NCBI RefSeq assembly: GCF_028641065.1
Contig: NC_073387.1
Location: forward strand, 32,922,001 to 32,986,000
Source: Leucoraja erinacea
Taxonomy: Eukaryota
DNA: 64,000 nt
Reading direction: 5' to 3'
The notes beneath the pieces are model-generated. The model made no database searches, was not told the DNA's origin, and saw only the letters and a list, made by a program, of their open reading frames with translations. Both the position numbers and the translations under genes were made by a program. Positions 11,780 through 24,975 of this stretch are shown here, piece after piece; position 1 is the first letter of the stretch; each line of letters begins with the position of its first letter.

Positions 11780-12782
11780 AGCAATATTACAAAATTTTGA
11801 GATTTTAAAAATCAAGTCTTTAATTTATCCCATCAGATAAAGCATAAAAAGAAGTTTAATTTGACACCTAATTCACTTTCATATCTTCAGTATTAAAAAA
11901 TGTTATGGCCATTTTCATACTCGGAAATTAGCATCTTGTTCCCTATTGCTTTTCCATTGACTTAACACAAAAGCTGTGATCGAGGACAGTCAAATGGCCA
12001 TAACTTTCTTAAAAATTAAGAGCACTAAAATAAAATTTCAGTTATTATAGATTGAAGCATTCTGAAACAAATATCAAGCAATCTTACTTAGATGACTTGA
12101 AATTAAAACATTATTAGTTACCTAATTGTAGCTAATTACAAAATTCAATTACTAGATCCAAACATCTATCAATTTCTTAAGAATAGATTAACATTTTTAA
12201 ATAGCCTAAGTGTCCAAATAACATTCACACAAGAATTCACAATATAAAATAATTTTTAAATCTCATTGTCATGGATTTATAGGCCAAATGGAAGGAATTT
12301 AATGTTTAATACCTGTAAATTAATGGCCATTTAAATAATCTTGCGAGTGGGTTTTTCTGGAACGCGATCATTTGGAACGTTGTGGTGATTTAGACTCCCC
12401 ATATCAGCATGCCGGTTCGTATGAGGACTAAATCACCGTTTCGCAAGTTAAAATGTGAACTAAAGACATCTTAAGGACCACATTTATACATAAAAATAAA
12501 CGGCTTTCTTTTACCTGTCACCTTGAAATCTGTCCCCGTTGTCGGCGTTGACGGATTTAGAAGCTGATTTTAAAATGACTCCAGCGCTGAACTAGTCGGG
12601 TGATTAAAAAAAAAATACACAGAACGATCGTCAGAACGATTCTTCAGCAAAAGCTTGCACTCCAACCAAATATAATCCAGGATAGGAAAAAAAAGTGTTT
12701 TAACTCCGCCCCCCCCCCCCTCAAAGGCGCCAAAATCGCGCACAATGCCAGTGGCAGAATAGGTAAGTATTGTAACATACCT
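11780..12782. mobile_element. Probable non-autonomous DNA transposon (~1 kb), superfamily unclear
   Basis: Imperfect TIRs AGCAATATTACAAAA / TATTGTAACATACCT and an abrupt junction with the flank. No clear TSD. Confidence 0.4.
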
Positions 12783-12809
12783 ACCTACATTTTGTGTCTA
12801 TCTCCCTGT

Positions 12810-14620
12810 ACTAGAAACATAGACCTTTAGGTGCAGGTTCCGTAGTCGTTGAGGCCGCAACGAGGAGCGCCATTCAACAGGATGATCATGGCTGGGTGCA
12901 TCCAACCATTGCCGTCGCGGAGCTTCTCCCATACCCCCTGATCGGTTTAGCGGTGGAGGAACCACATCTAACTGCTGCTCTTAAATATAGCCGATGAACT
13001 GCATCAACTACCTTCGGTGGCTGAGAATTCCAGGATTCTGCGGACAGCGGCGCCGGGAGCCCGCGGATCCCTGGTCCTAAGAGATTTCCCCTTTTCGGGG
13101 CTCCTGCAACCTGCGAATTCCCCATCGCCAATCTTCCTGCGGGGGCGAAGAGCTCCTGGAATAATTTTGTAAGTCACTATAAGAGCCCCCCCAATCTTCT
13201 AAATGGCCGCGGGTACAAGCGAGCGCACACAGGGGGCTCTAACACCAAGACCCGTGTGCCCTGACCACCCGGCGTGGAATCAATGGCTGGTGAACAATCG
13301 CCATGAACAGCCCTTTGACTGGACTCTGACATGTCTTTCCTCAGATTTGGAGACCATAAGTTTTTTTTGGCAATACTCCAGCAATGGTGATGGATGTTTT
13401 TTGTAAAACTGCAGTAATTATGCCCCTGTCCTATACTCAATTTGTTTGCCATGTATGCCAACAGAAACGGCATTTCGCTTTCTTCACTGCTGGGGCCAAA
13501 TGCACCTACTTTCAATGACTGGTGACTCATGACTCTCTTGACTCTTGCATCTCCCCTTTATCCTGATCGGCCACCATTCAGATCCTGTACGTGCATTCCT
13601 CTTTTTTACCCCATGATCCCTTTAGCCACAAGGGCCACATTATGCTCCCTCTGCCATGCATAGCCAATCACCTGGCATCAAAGTCACCTTGCAGCCTCCT
13701 AGAGAATTCCAGAGATTCACCACTCAGTGTGAAAAATGTTTTTCTCATCTCGGTCCTAAAAGATTATGCTTTATGCTTTATGCCCTTTATGCTTAAACTG
13801 TGATCCCTTTTCCTGGACTTCCCCAACATCGGGAACAATCTTCCTGCATCTAGCCTGTCCAACCCCTTAATAATTTTGTAAGTTTCTATAAGATCCCCCC
13901 TCAATCTTCTAAATTCTAGCAAGTACAAGCCGAGTCTATCCAGTCTTTCTTCATATGAAAGTCCTGACATCCCAGGAATCAGTCTGGTGAACCTTCTCTG
14001 AACTCCCTCTATGGCAAGAATGTCTTTCCTCAGATTTGGAGACCAAAACTGTACGCAATACTCCAGGTGTGGTCTCACCAAGACTCTGTACAACTGCAGT
14101 AGAATGCCCCTGCTCCTATACTCAAATCCCTTTGCCATGAATGCCAACATACCATTCGCTTTCTTCACTGCCTGCTGCACCTGCATGCCTACTTTCAATG
14201 ACTGGTGCACCATGACACCCAGGTCTCGTTGCATCTCCCCTTTTCCTAATCGGCCACCATTCAGATAATAGTCTACTTTCCTGTTTTTGCCACCATAGTG
14301 GATAACCTCACATTTATCCACCTTATGCTGCATCTGCCATGCATTTGCCCACTCACCCAGCCTATCCAAGTCACCTTGCAGCCTCCTAGCATCCTCCTCA
14401 CAGCTACCACTGCCCCCCAGCTTTGTGTCATCCGCAAACTTGGAGATGTTGCATTCAATTCCCTCGTCCAAATCATTAATATATATTGCAAATAGCTGGG
14501 GTCCCAGCACTGAGGCTTGCGGTACCCCACTAGTCACTGCCTGCCATTGTGAAAAGGACCCGTTTACTCCTAATCTTTGCTTCCTGTTTGCCAGCCAGTT
14601 CTCTATCCACATCAATACTG
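12810..14620 (-). mobile_element. CR1 LINE, 5'-truncated; 13720-14620 is clean RT C-terminus, 12810-13720 is scrambled
   Basis: ORF 13764..14654: SGVPQASVLGP, KFADDTKL, HLEYCVQFWSP. Tail remnant tagaaacatag at ~12812. Confidence 0.9.
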
Positions 14621-14849
14621 AGTGTACGACAGCATCTGCTATTCCTTTGTACACGTTTCATGTTTTGACTCCTTTACCTTTGTCAGAAGCTCAAGATGTA
14701 TCCTCCGTTTCTTGTCCAACTGTTGCATTTCAGAATAGACCTTTTGTCATTTAATGAGCCCAGCTTGGTTTTGTTTTTAGGGGGATTCTTTAGTAAGTGT
14801 CTATTTTTAAGTTTCTGGGAACCTGATTATCTATATACCCTGTACTTTT

Positions 14850-14881
<32 letters not shown>

Positions 14882-15542
14882 AGGTGTACAGAATTTTGCC
14901 TTTGCTACGTATCTCCTTGAAAACCAAACGCCAAAACGCTGAGATTTTTACAATTTCGGTATGGATTTATCTTATGAGTTCAGAAATCCACTCCTTGGTC
15001 AATTATTTCCCCAGATTTTGAATAAAATTAATCACAAAACTCAATTTTTAAAATATAAACGGCGCTCACCAGCTGCTGACGTCACAATGCCCACATGCCG
15101 ACCAATCCAGGCCCATCTGCATCCTGGCCCCGCTCCCCCGCTGCTGTGGATTAAAGGCCCAGAAATATGAGAAAGTTCTGCAGAACAAAGATTCTACAGC
15201 TGCATTCCGCTGTAGCTTCTTTGTTCTACAGATCTCGGGGCAGCGACTCCTCACGCGCTGAACTCTCCTCATAAGTTCTGCAGCTCTGTTCCGCTACCGC
15301 TGACCTTTCTCCTCACAGCCGGCTTAGCTCGCGAAGCCCCGCCTGCCTTTGCGCCCCTCCCATCCCCTGCGCGCTCATTCCAGCTGTGGGGTTTCCAGAG
15401 AGTCAGAAGCCGGTGATTGTTTGCTGTCAACGCTCGCTCCTGGGTGAACGCGTCTTGCCTTTGCGGCTTTAAAGGGCTGTTGTCAGCTGGCAGTTATCAA
15501 TGGCTGCGGGCATCGCGAGGCCGAGTTACGTCAACACCCCCG

Positions 15543-15576
<34 letters not shown>

Positions 15577-16059
15577 ACGTGCGCTGGCATTTGGCTCCTC
15601 TGACTCCTCCCTGTTCTGCGTTCCTCTCTGTGAACGAGCAAGTTCTCCAGATCCGGAGGACAGGCGAGATCCTGGGGAGGTGAAGAGGGGAGTGGGGAAA
15701 TTGAGGGAGAGGAGGGAGTAGGGAGGGGGAGGGGGGAATGGGGGAGGTGAGGAGGAAGAGTGTGGGAATAGAGGGAGAGTAGGGGTGATAGGGAGTGATT
15801 TAGTGATAAAACATTTAGGAAGGAAAACCCCTCTCCCTCCCCCTCCCTCCACACTCTTCCCCCTCTCTCCCCTACCCCATCTCCTGCCCTCCCTCCTCCC
15901 ATCCCTCCTCCCATCCATCCCTCCGCGGCCCCCATCCCTCCACATTTAACCCCATCAACTAAATCATTAACAAAATAAACTGGGATCCAAGCAATAAAAA
16001 ATCCTGCAGTACCCACTCAAAAATGGACCTGTTCATACCTACTCTGCAATACCTACTCA

Positions 16060-16430
16060 TTTCAAAACCTAATAGAGGTGTATAAAACTAGGAGAGGCAT
16101 AGATAGGGTGGACAGATAGAGTGGACAATCAGAAGCTTTTTCTAAGGATGGAACTATGAAATACTAGTGGGCATAGTTAAGGTTGGAGGGGCAAAGTTTA
16201 AAGGAGCTGTGCATGGTAAGTTTTTTACACACAGGACGGTGGGTGCCTTAACAGGTAGTGGTGGTGGCAGATAAGATGGTGGCATTCAAGAGAATTCTGG
16301 ATACACATATGGTTATGCAGGGAATGAAGGTATATGGATTATGTACAGGCATATAAAAATTGGTCATGGCATCATGTTCGGCACAGACATTGTGGGGTGA
16401 AGGGATTGTTCCTGTACTGTACGGTTTGTC
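16060..16430 (+). mobile_element. CR1 LINE 3' fragment
   Basis: LIEVYK..RGIDRVD and FKRILDTHM remnants plus the 3' UTR. Confidence 0.7.
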
Positions 16431-18769
16431 CTTATAATTGTTTATTATCAGGACAACAGTATCCAAGTAACATGTCTAAATGTAAAGTGTTCTAAATAAA
16501 TACACAAGTGTTGACAACCAAAATTTGGCACCAAACCATATTGTAAACTATGAGGGATGGTAACCAAAAGTCTGATCAGAGACGATCTTCCTAAAGCAGG
16601 AAAGATAGGACGAAGAGTAAAACACATTTAGGAAGGAAAACCAGGGCTTGGTGCCTTGGAGGTTAAAAACAATTGCCACCAATGGTTCAATTATTAAATT
16701 CAGACTTGATCAAGAGGCCAGAAATGGAGGAGCACAATGCGTCGTAGTGCTGGAGGGATTACACTGCAGAGAGTTAAAGCATTAGGGATTTGAAGTCAAG
16801 GTTGGGAATTTTAAAAATGAGAGCCATTGGTAAACAGAACTTGGTGTTTACAGAAGGGCAACAGCATTTTGGATGATATCAGGTTGATGGAGAGTAAAAA
16901 AAGGAAAATTGATAAGGAATAAAAACTACAAAAACAGGAACTCTCATTCCTTCAAAGTAAATGATAGATAGAAATAGTAAACGCAAACAGGAATAAATCC
17001 AAAGACATGTGGGTTGGTTGGTTAATTGGCTGCTCCATAGTAACCCAAGTAAGTGAGTGGTGGAATTTGGAAGGGTGGCATTGATGGGAATGTGGGAGAA
17101 TAAAAATGGGATTAATGTAGCACTAGTGTAATCCAAGGTTGGTGTGGATTTGGTGGACCAAATAGTCTGTTTATGTTCTTTATCTCTCCATGACTATAAA
17201 ACCTGTAATAAGCTTGTGCCCTCCTACAAGTTTCCTTCCACATATAATTCCTTCCACATACATTCCTTGAACATATAAGGCTGTCATGACTGAACAATAT
17301 TTCCATCTGAAGACTGGATCTGAAATCAAAAAATTCTCACAAAGAGGAATTGGCAAACCCAGTGATGAAACTATTCAGATTGCACGTGATGTAGAGGAGT
17401 ATCCACATGCATAACTTGTACAACACAGGGAATTGGAAAATGTACCTCAGACAGAAAAATTATCTCATGATCCCAGAGGGATCATAATGTGGTTGGAAAA
17501 TATATTTTCTGTCTGGATGCAGAACAACCCCTATAAGTAGTGGAGATATTTCCAGAACCTATGAAAGATGATACTATTCACAAAAAAAATCTGCCAGATA
17601 CAGAAATAAAGTTACAAAACTGAAATAAATTAATTTTATTGCAGAAAAATTGGCTTAATTCAAAGGATAATGTGCATTGTGGTCCCAAAGGAGGAGCCTC
17701 TGTTGATCCTGCATCCTATCAAAGGAAACAAGAAGTATCCAGATGGTAGCTGATTTTCAACCTCCAACATTTTGAAATAAATCATACACTTTTTCGACAA
17801 TACAATATGACTTCTACATCACATTGAAAGAAATCTTACTCGTTTTCAGAACACAAAATGAAGTTCGAATGAAATGCAGGTTGGAGAATATTATCAGCAG
17901 TCAAGAGTGTTTTATTGTCATATGTCCTGAAACGGAACAATGAAATTTGTACTTGTTCAGAAAAATTAATTTTGGATTTAGGAGAAAGGATCGATCAGTT
18001 TAAATTGGAATCCTTTACTAATAGTTCTTCATTTAACATGTATTTTTTTTACCATGGTGCAGCTCTGAAGAACAGATCTTGCTCATTTACCTTGTAGTGG
18101 AACTTCCTACCACTCAATTCGATTATGCCATCATCATCAATTTCTGGCTTGCAAATTGCGCTGATAATGTGCCTTTGAGCCATGGTTGGCATTTGTGAGT
18201 GAATTCAATGCATCTGTCATTCAAATTTGGCTACATTGACACTCCTATTAGATACTTTAATATGTTGCCTTAAAAAAATGTTTACGTTGCAGGTTCCCCA
18301 TCTGAGTTATTGATCAGTCATGTTGGCCTGGGATGGTTGAGGAAAGAAATTAAGGAGAATAAAATATGTCTTTATACATAAACATTTTGTTTACCAGAGG
18401 ATGAAAAATATAGAAAAGCTCAATAACAACATGCATTGATATTCTTTTTCACAGTAAATTATCCGAAGGTGTTTCACACAATTGACGGTGTAATAGATTT
18501 CTAGATGGAAGTTTCAACAGTAGATGAGCTGCGGCAGGGAGTAAGAGAGCAAAATACACTGATGGAAGTGAGTGACGTGGGTGATGGTATGTTATGTAGC
18601 TGCAAGGTCAACTTGGTGTCAGCAAGGTTAAAAACAATTTGTTCAACCTCATACTAAAGTCAGATGCAATTGATGGCTAGTAATTGGTATAGAAAGCAAT
18701 TTTCTTAGTCTTCCTACTATTTTGCTTGAGAAAATTTCTGTTCATGCAATCTTCTAAGGCATTCCACCA

Positions 18770-19150
18770 AGGACCTCGTAACATGGTGTCAAGCCAACAA
18801 CCTATCCCTCAATGTCAGCAAGACAAACGAGATAGATATCAACTTCAGGAAGCGAAGCAATACACATACTCCGGTATACATTGACAGTGCTGAAATAGAG
18901 ATGTTTGAAAGCTTTAAGTTCCTAGGTGTAAATATCCCCCGTACCTTGTCCTGGGCCAGCCATATTGAAGCAATGGCCAAGAAAGCACACCCAATGCCGC
19001 TACTTCCTTACAAGGCTTAGGAAATTCGGCATGTCCCCAAAAACTCTTACCAACTTCTACAGATGCGTCGTAGAAAACATTTTATCGTGATGCTTCACAG
19101 CATGGTTTGGGAACTGCTCCATCCAAAACCACAAGAAATTGCGGAGAAGA
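18770..19150 (+). mobile_element. Rex-Babar LINE RT fragment
   Basis: WCQANNLSLNVSKT.E...FR, FKFLGVNI and LTNFYRC.VE motifs. Confidence 0.75.
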
Positions 19151-20735
19151 CGTGGCTCGGAGAATAGATGCATCCTCGACCAGGTAGTGACTGAGAAAAT
19201 GGTTTCCCCCTTCCCCCCGCCTCATCCCCCACATAAAAAAGACTAAAAGACCTCCAGAAACATACTTTTAGACAGACTAAAAATAACAAAAAGGGTGAAA
19301 GGACAGACAGCTGCTGGCGAGGCTGCCTCAGTAGGGCCTCTTTACTGGGGATATGGACCTTGGGATGTTAACCTGAACTCAGCAATATTCATATGATGCA
19401 TGGGCCGAGCACTGAGTCAGAGCCGACATTCTCAGAAGCACATGAGAGGATGGATCTTACACACATCCGCAAATAGAAGTTCTCTACCCACTTGTTCTCA
19501 TTGAACCTCCAACGATAAAATGTTTACAGCAATACCCAGGTAAGATATGAACCATTTTCAATATCGTATGATCCACTTTCAGAGAAGCAAGACCTAAGAG
19601 ATAATATTCACCACTGACTTTAATGCTACATCACACCTTTTTTTGTTAATTAAGGAAAAAAAGTTGAGAGTATCAAGACTTCTGAACTGATACATTCATG
19701 GACTTACCAGGTAGTGGAGATACTTTCCGTCCTCTATACTCCTGAGACCTGAACTATCTCCTGCAGGTACCTCAAAGCACAGTAAAGATACTACCAACAC
19801 TATCTGCGAAATCCTCCAGTTTCTCTGCAAAGGCAAGTAAACCAATGTCAGTGTTCATTCATTTTTTGATGTCAAACACACAAAGTGATAAACCTGAGCT
19901 AGTAGAGGAGGCAAGAGTGGTGCTGGTGAGATAAATTTTGGTGTCATGAATGTTCATGTGAAACTTGATGTCATATTTGCATTGACATCACGAAGGAGGA
20001 GAAGGTTGAAAACAGAAGATGAGGAAGGCCAAGTAGATATGTACTGGGAGAGGACCTTGGGTTAACCTGGGGGGGGGGGGGGCATGGGGAGCACTGCGTC
20101 AGAGCCGTGTGCTCAGAGCACAGCGTGCAGGAGTGGGAACAGAAAATAGGTTCTCTACCCACTCCTGTTAAACTCTTTGACTATGACATAATATGGGAGA
20201 AATAGACCATGTAAAGAAGGGTCCGAACCCGAAACGTCACCTATCTATGTTTTCCAGAGATGTTGCTTGACCCGCTGACTACTCCAGTACTTTGTGTCTT
20301 TTGTAAATCAGCATCTGTAGTTCCTTGTTTCTAAAGGCATTTTAATTTGGCTGAAAGTTTGGAGGAGCATAGACTGATTAACTACATAGGTAGTTAGAAG
20401 GCAATCAATTCACCAACCATCAAACCAATAAAGATGATAGATGTAAATGTTTACTGAACAAAATGGGCAGAGAAAGAACTGGATGTACTGCATTTGCATT
20501 CCAGAACTTAAAGTTCCTGAAAAACTGTTCAAAATCCTTCAGGAGGAAATGCATTTTAAAATCAATGATATGTAAACATGTTGGTGGACTCTACATTGTT
20601 TTATTTATTTCTTCTAGCTTGTGTCATCAGAGTTAATCTGTAAAATAAATAGATCAGATTCAGAGTAGTTTAACAACAAGTTGCAATAAAATTCCTTATT
20701 CATATGAAACTCAGAGTAAACAGTGCACGATAGAT

Positions 20736-20935
20736 GGGGGCCAAAGAAGGAGCGTTCATGTTGCGGTCCCTGTCAGGTTTTACACCTGCGAATCCTTCTA
20801 CCACGCTACACTAACTAACCAACTATAACATGAAAATGTACAACCCGGCCCAAGATGTTGGCAAGCTACGATGCCGCAAGCAAGAGTCATAGTTAGGACC
20901 GGCACTGACAGTCATCTCAGCTAACATTGAAGGCA
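20736..20935 (+). mobile_element. Possible Vingi/Ingi-clade LINE 5' end (UTR and APE endonuclease start)
   Basis: Starts GGGGGCC and encodes GPALTVISANIEG, an endonuclease domain I start I associate with Vingi elements. Family call is from recall. Confidence 0.45.
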
Positions 20936-20974
20936 CAATAAGAAGAAGCATGATAGATATAACAATAAATACTA

Positions 20975-21915
20975 CAACCGTTGTAAAACAACAGAATAGT
21001 GCAAGATTGTAGTGCGTTCCAAAATAGTGCATAAAAGTATAATAACGGGATAATCAAAGTGGTAGAGTTAAGAGTAAGAGCACATGGCAGCACCTCTGTG
21101 AAAGAGATGATTTGTTGAGGAGTTTGATAGCTGTGTGGAAGAAGCTGTTCTGAAATCTGGATGTCCAAGCTTTCAAGTTCCTGCATCTCAGAAACTAGAA
21201 GCGAGAAAATGGAGTAGCCAAGGTGGCAGGCATCTGTGTCGATGATGATACTTCTCACCTTCATGCTGCAATGCACTGAGAAGATGAATTGAATGGAATG
21301 AAATGACAAGCATGTTTCACCATTCTCTGTGGTTCAGGTAGTCAAGAGCAAAGCAGATACCATACCAGGCTGACTTGCATCCCGTCAGAACACTCTACCG
21401 TGCATTTGTAGAAGTTCGAGAAAATCCTTAGAATTTTCTCAGATGCAGAGGAAATTTGAAGGCATTATGTTAGGTTGATGTTGAAGAGGATACCTAGAAA
21501 CTTAAAGCTATTGACCATCTCTACAGCAGCTCCATTAATGAGGTCAGGGTAGTGTTCAACCCCTCACTTCCTTAGGAACATAACCAACTCTTTCATTTTG
21601 TTGACGTCAAGAGCTGCGTTATTGTCCTGACCGCATGATATAAGGATCTTGATTTATTTCCTGTACTTTGTTTTGTGTAGGAAGGAACTACAGGTCATAT
21701 AATGAATGATAGAGAAAGTGACTTATGGAAAAGGAAAGGAGATATCAATGATGTGCAAATTCAATCAAAAATCATTAATTGCAAATAGTTTATACTTCCC
21801 TACACCTGTCCCTTGCCTCCTTTTCTCCAGAGATGTTGCTTAACCCGCTGAGTTGCTGCAGCAGTTGGTGTCTGTACTTTGTTTTGTTGATGATCTGACA
21901 GCAACAGTGGCAAAA
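20975..21915 (-). mobile_element. Rex-Babar LINE fragment, degenerate, interrupted by a short PLE-derived element
   Basis: SFKFLG, TKELV and NFYKCTVESVLTGC..AWYG remnants on the minus strand; 3' part FRTASS-like. Confidence 0.65.
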
Positions 21916-21975
21916 TGCAAATTTTTTTTTGTTTGTTTATTTTACTAGAAGTTAGTACAATACAAAACAATACAG

Positions 21976-22215
21976 TGGAACTGAACTGAACTGAACTAAA
22001 CTTTATTTATAGAGCACTTTAAAAACAACCACTGTTGCAACAAAGTGCTGTACATGACTAATCATAAACATAAAACAAAACAATAAAAACATTAAAAGAC
22101 AGTAAAAACAATAAAAAAACAATAATAGAAACACTAAAACAAGAGCAAAGTCTCATGCAGGGGCGAAAGCCAAGGAATAGAAAAGGGTTTTAAGACTAGT
22201 TTTGAAAAGGACCAA
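21976..22215 (-). mobile_element. L2-type LINE 3' end inserted in the L1 3' UTR
   Basis: FKTSLKTLFYSLAF C-terminus, L2 3' stem (tgtacagcactttg...aaagtgctctataaataaa) and (GTTCA)n tail. Confidence 0.7.
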
Positions 22216-24975
22216 CCATGTCATAACGTAATTATATATTCTATGTACAACCTCTAGTTTTATTTTTTTGAAAAGGAAATAAGAAAGACGGGAAGAAGGA
22301 AAAAAAAAAAAAAAATTGGAGAATAGAAAAAGGTAAAATAGATAGTAGAAAATAGAAAAACGTGAAGTGTGTGTGTATAAGAAAAGAAAAAGTGGAAAGT
22401 AGAAATAGGAGAAAAAGACCCTTAAAAGAGAAAATTTCAAATCTTTATTTGGAGATGTAAATCTATCCACGGCCTAACCTGAAATCAGTAATCTTTACAG
22501 TACCGCTGCATCACATGATTCCAAAAAGTCGATAAAAGGGGACCAACTCCTTAAGAATTGGTCATATTTATCTATTAGTCGGAGTCTCATTTCTTCAAGG
22601 CGTGCTATGTCCATCATATTCCTAATCCACATTTTAACAGTTGGAATAGCTGTATTTTTCCAAAATTTAAGTATCAATTTCTTTCCAACTATTAACCCAT
22701 AATTAAAAAAAAGTTTTGGCCCTTATTTAAATTGATATCTTCTACTATTATTCCAAATATAATCCATTCCGTATTAGGTTCTATACTTGACTTGAAAAGC
22801 TTTGTAAATATATCAAATATATCGCTCCAAAATTTATTCAACTTTATACATCCTATAAATGAATGTGTTATATTAGCATTTTGAAACAAACATTTATCGC
22901 ATCTGGGAGAGACGTTTGGGTAAAATTTATTCAACCTCGTTTTTGAATAATATAGTCTATATAATAATTTAAATTGAATTAAATTATGTCTTTCATTAAT
23001 GGAACAATTATGTGTGTTCATCAGATATTTTTCCCATCTATCCTTCGGGATCTTTCTCATTAGTTCATGTTCCCAATCTTCTCATAGTGCCTCTGTTGAG
23101 GGTAATTCTCTATTTAATATATTATTATAAAGGTATGATATTAGATTTTGTGAATCAGCCTTAATATTCATTGTTTCTTCTAAAGGGTCTAAAAATATAA
23201 TTAGAAATCTATGTGTATATTTCTTCATAAAGTCACATATCTGTATATATTTGAAATATTGATTATCCTTCAGTTTAAATTTTAATTTTAATTGTTAAAA
23301 TGATAACAATTTGCCCAATTCATTAATATCTCCTACTTTCCTAATCCCCAGTCTATCCCATTGTTTATATGTTTTGTCAATAAGAGATGGTTTGAATGCA
23401 GGGTTGTTCAATAGTGGGGTTAGTACTGATAGATTATTTAATTTCAAGGATAATTTTATTTGTTTCCAAATTCTTATTGTATTGTGAATAATTGGGTTCT
23501 TCTTATATATTATACTTTTCAATTTTATTGGTGAGAACAAGATCGTTCCTATATCATAGGGGGAGCACTCCTCTTTCTCCATTCTTATCCACTCCGACTG
23601 GTGAGTGGAACTATCCAATCAGTACAATATGTTCTTAATATGCACTGCCCAGTAGTAATACGTAAAGTTAGGTAATGATAAGCCCCCAATTTCTTTAGAT
23701 ACACAAATGCTTTTGTTGAATTCTGTGTGCTCTGTAATCCCATATAAAATTAGTGATAGTACTAGTTTAAAAAAATATATATTTTGTATATATGGGATCA
23801 CTTGAAACACCCAATTTGGTAAGAAAGTCATTTATAGCGTTAATTTACCTATCAATGAGAGCGGGAGCTTTTCCAAAATTTAAATTCAGTTTATTTAATA
23901 GTGGCATAAAATTGGCGCTAAATAATGATTTGTGTCTTCTCGTAATTTGAATTTTTCTGTTGCAATTTTGAAAAGGAATTTTAGTAAGTGTCTCACATCC
24001 TGTGGTTTTAGAGACATAATTTCGCTTTTATTCCAATTTATTCTATATCCTAAAAAAGAGCCGAATTCCTCAATTAGTGTTAATGTGGGTATACTCGTTT
24101 GTGTATTAGTAATATATAAAAGAATATCATCAGCATATAATGAAATTTTATTCTTTGAGTCCTTAGTGTTATATCCGTGAATATTCGGATGATTTCTAAT
24201 CTTTTCAGCCAGCGGTTCTATCATAAGGGCAAATAGCAATGGTGATAAGGCACAACCCTGCCTATTACCCCTTGATAAATAAAATTTTGGAGATAACATA
24301 TTATTAGTTAATATTCTTGCCGTAGGTTTATCGTATAGTTTAACCCATCTAATAAAATTCTCTCCCGTGTTAAATTTTTGGAGTACCTTATATAAATACT
24401 GCCATTCTACCTGATCAGATGCCTTCTCTGCATCCAGCGTAACAACTGAAATATCTTCAATGTCCTCATTGTGAGAGTACATTATATTGAAAAGCCTTCT
24501 CAAATGATTAAAGGATTGTCTTTTGGGTATAAATCCCGTTTGATCTATGTTCACCAATTTGTTAATATAATTATTCAGTCTTCTAGCTAGAATCTTTGCT
24601 AAAATTTTCTGATCCGTATTTAAAAGTGATATAGCTCTGTAAGAACCCGGTTCATCTAAATCTTTATCTTTTTTTGGTATAAGCGTTATTGTTGCTTCTG
24701 CTAAAGTTTCTGGTAGTTTATTTTCGGTATAAGCCTGCGTGTATAAGTTGAGTAATCTTGGTACAATTGAATCCTGAAATCGTTTATAAAATTAATTGCT
24801 AAAACCATCTGGTCCTGGGGTTTTCCCATTTTTCAGTGAGTTTATTATTTGTTTTATTTCTTCACTAGTAATCCGTGCTTCTAATTCCTCTTGTTCTAAA
24901 CTATCCAATTTAGGGAGATTGCAATTATCTAAAAAATTTGTAATTTTACTAACATCTGTATTTATTTTAATTGTA

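Noticed and set aside
16880-17900. A-rich, coding-looking stretch, possibly an old DNA-transposon remnant
   Set aside because: No open frame or diagnostic motif could be reconstructed.
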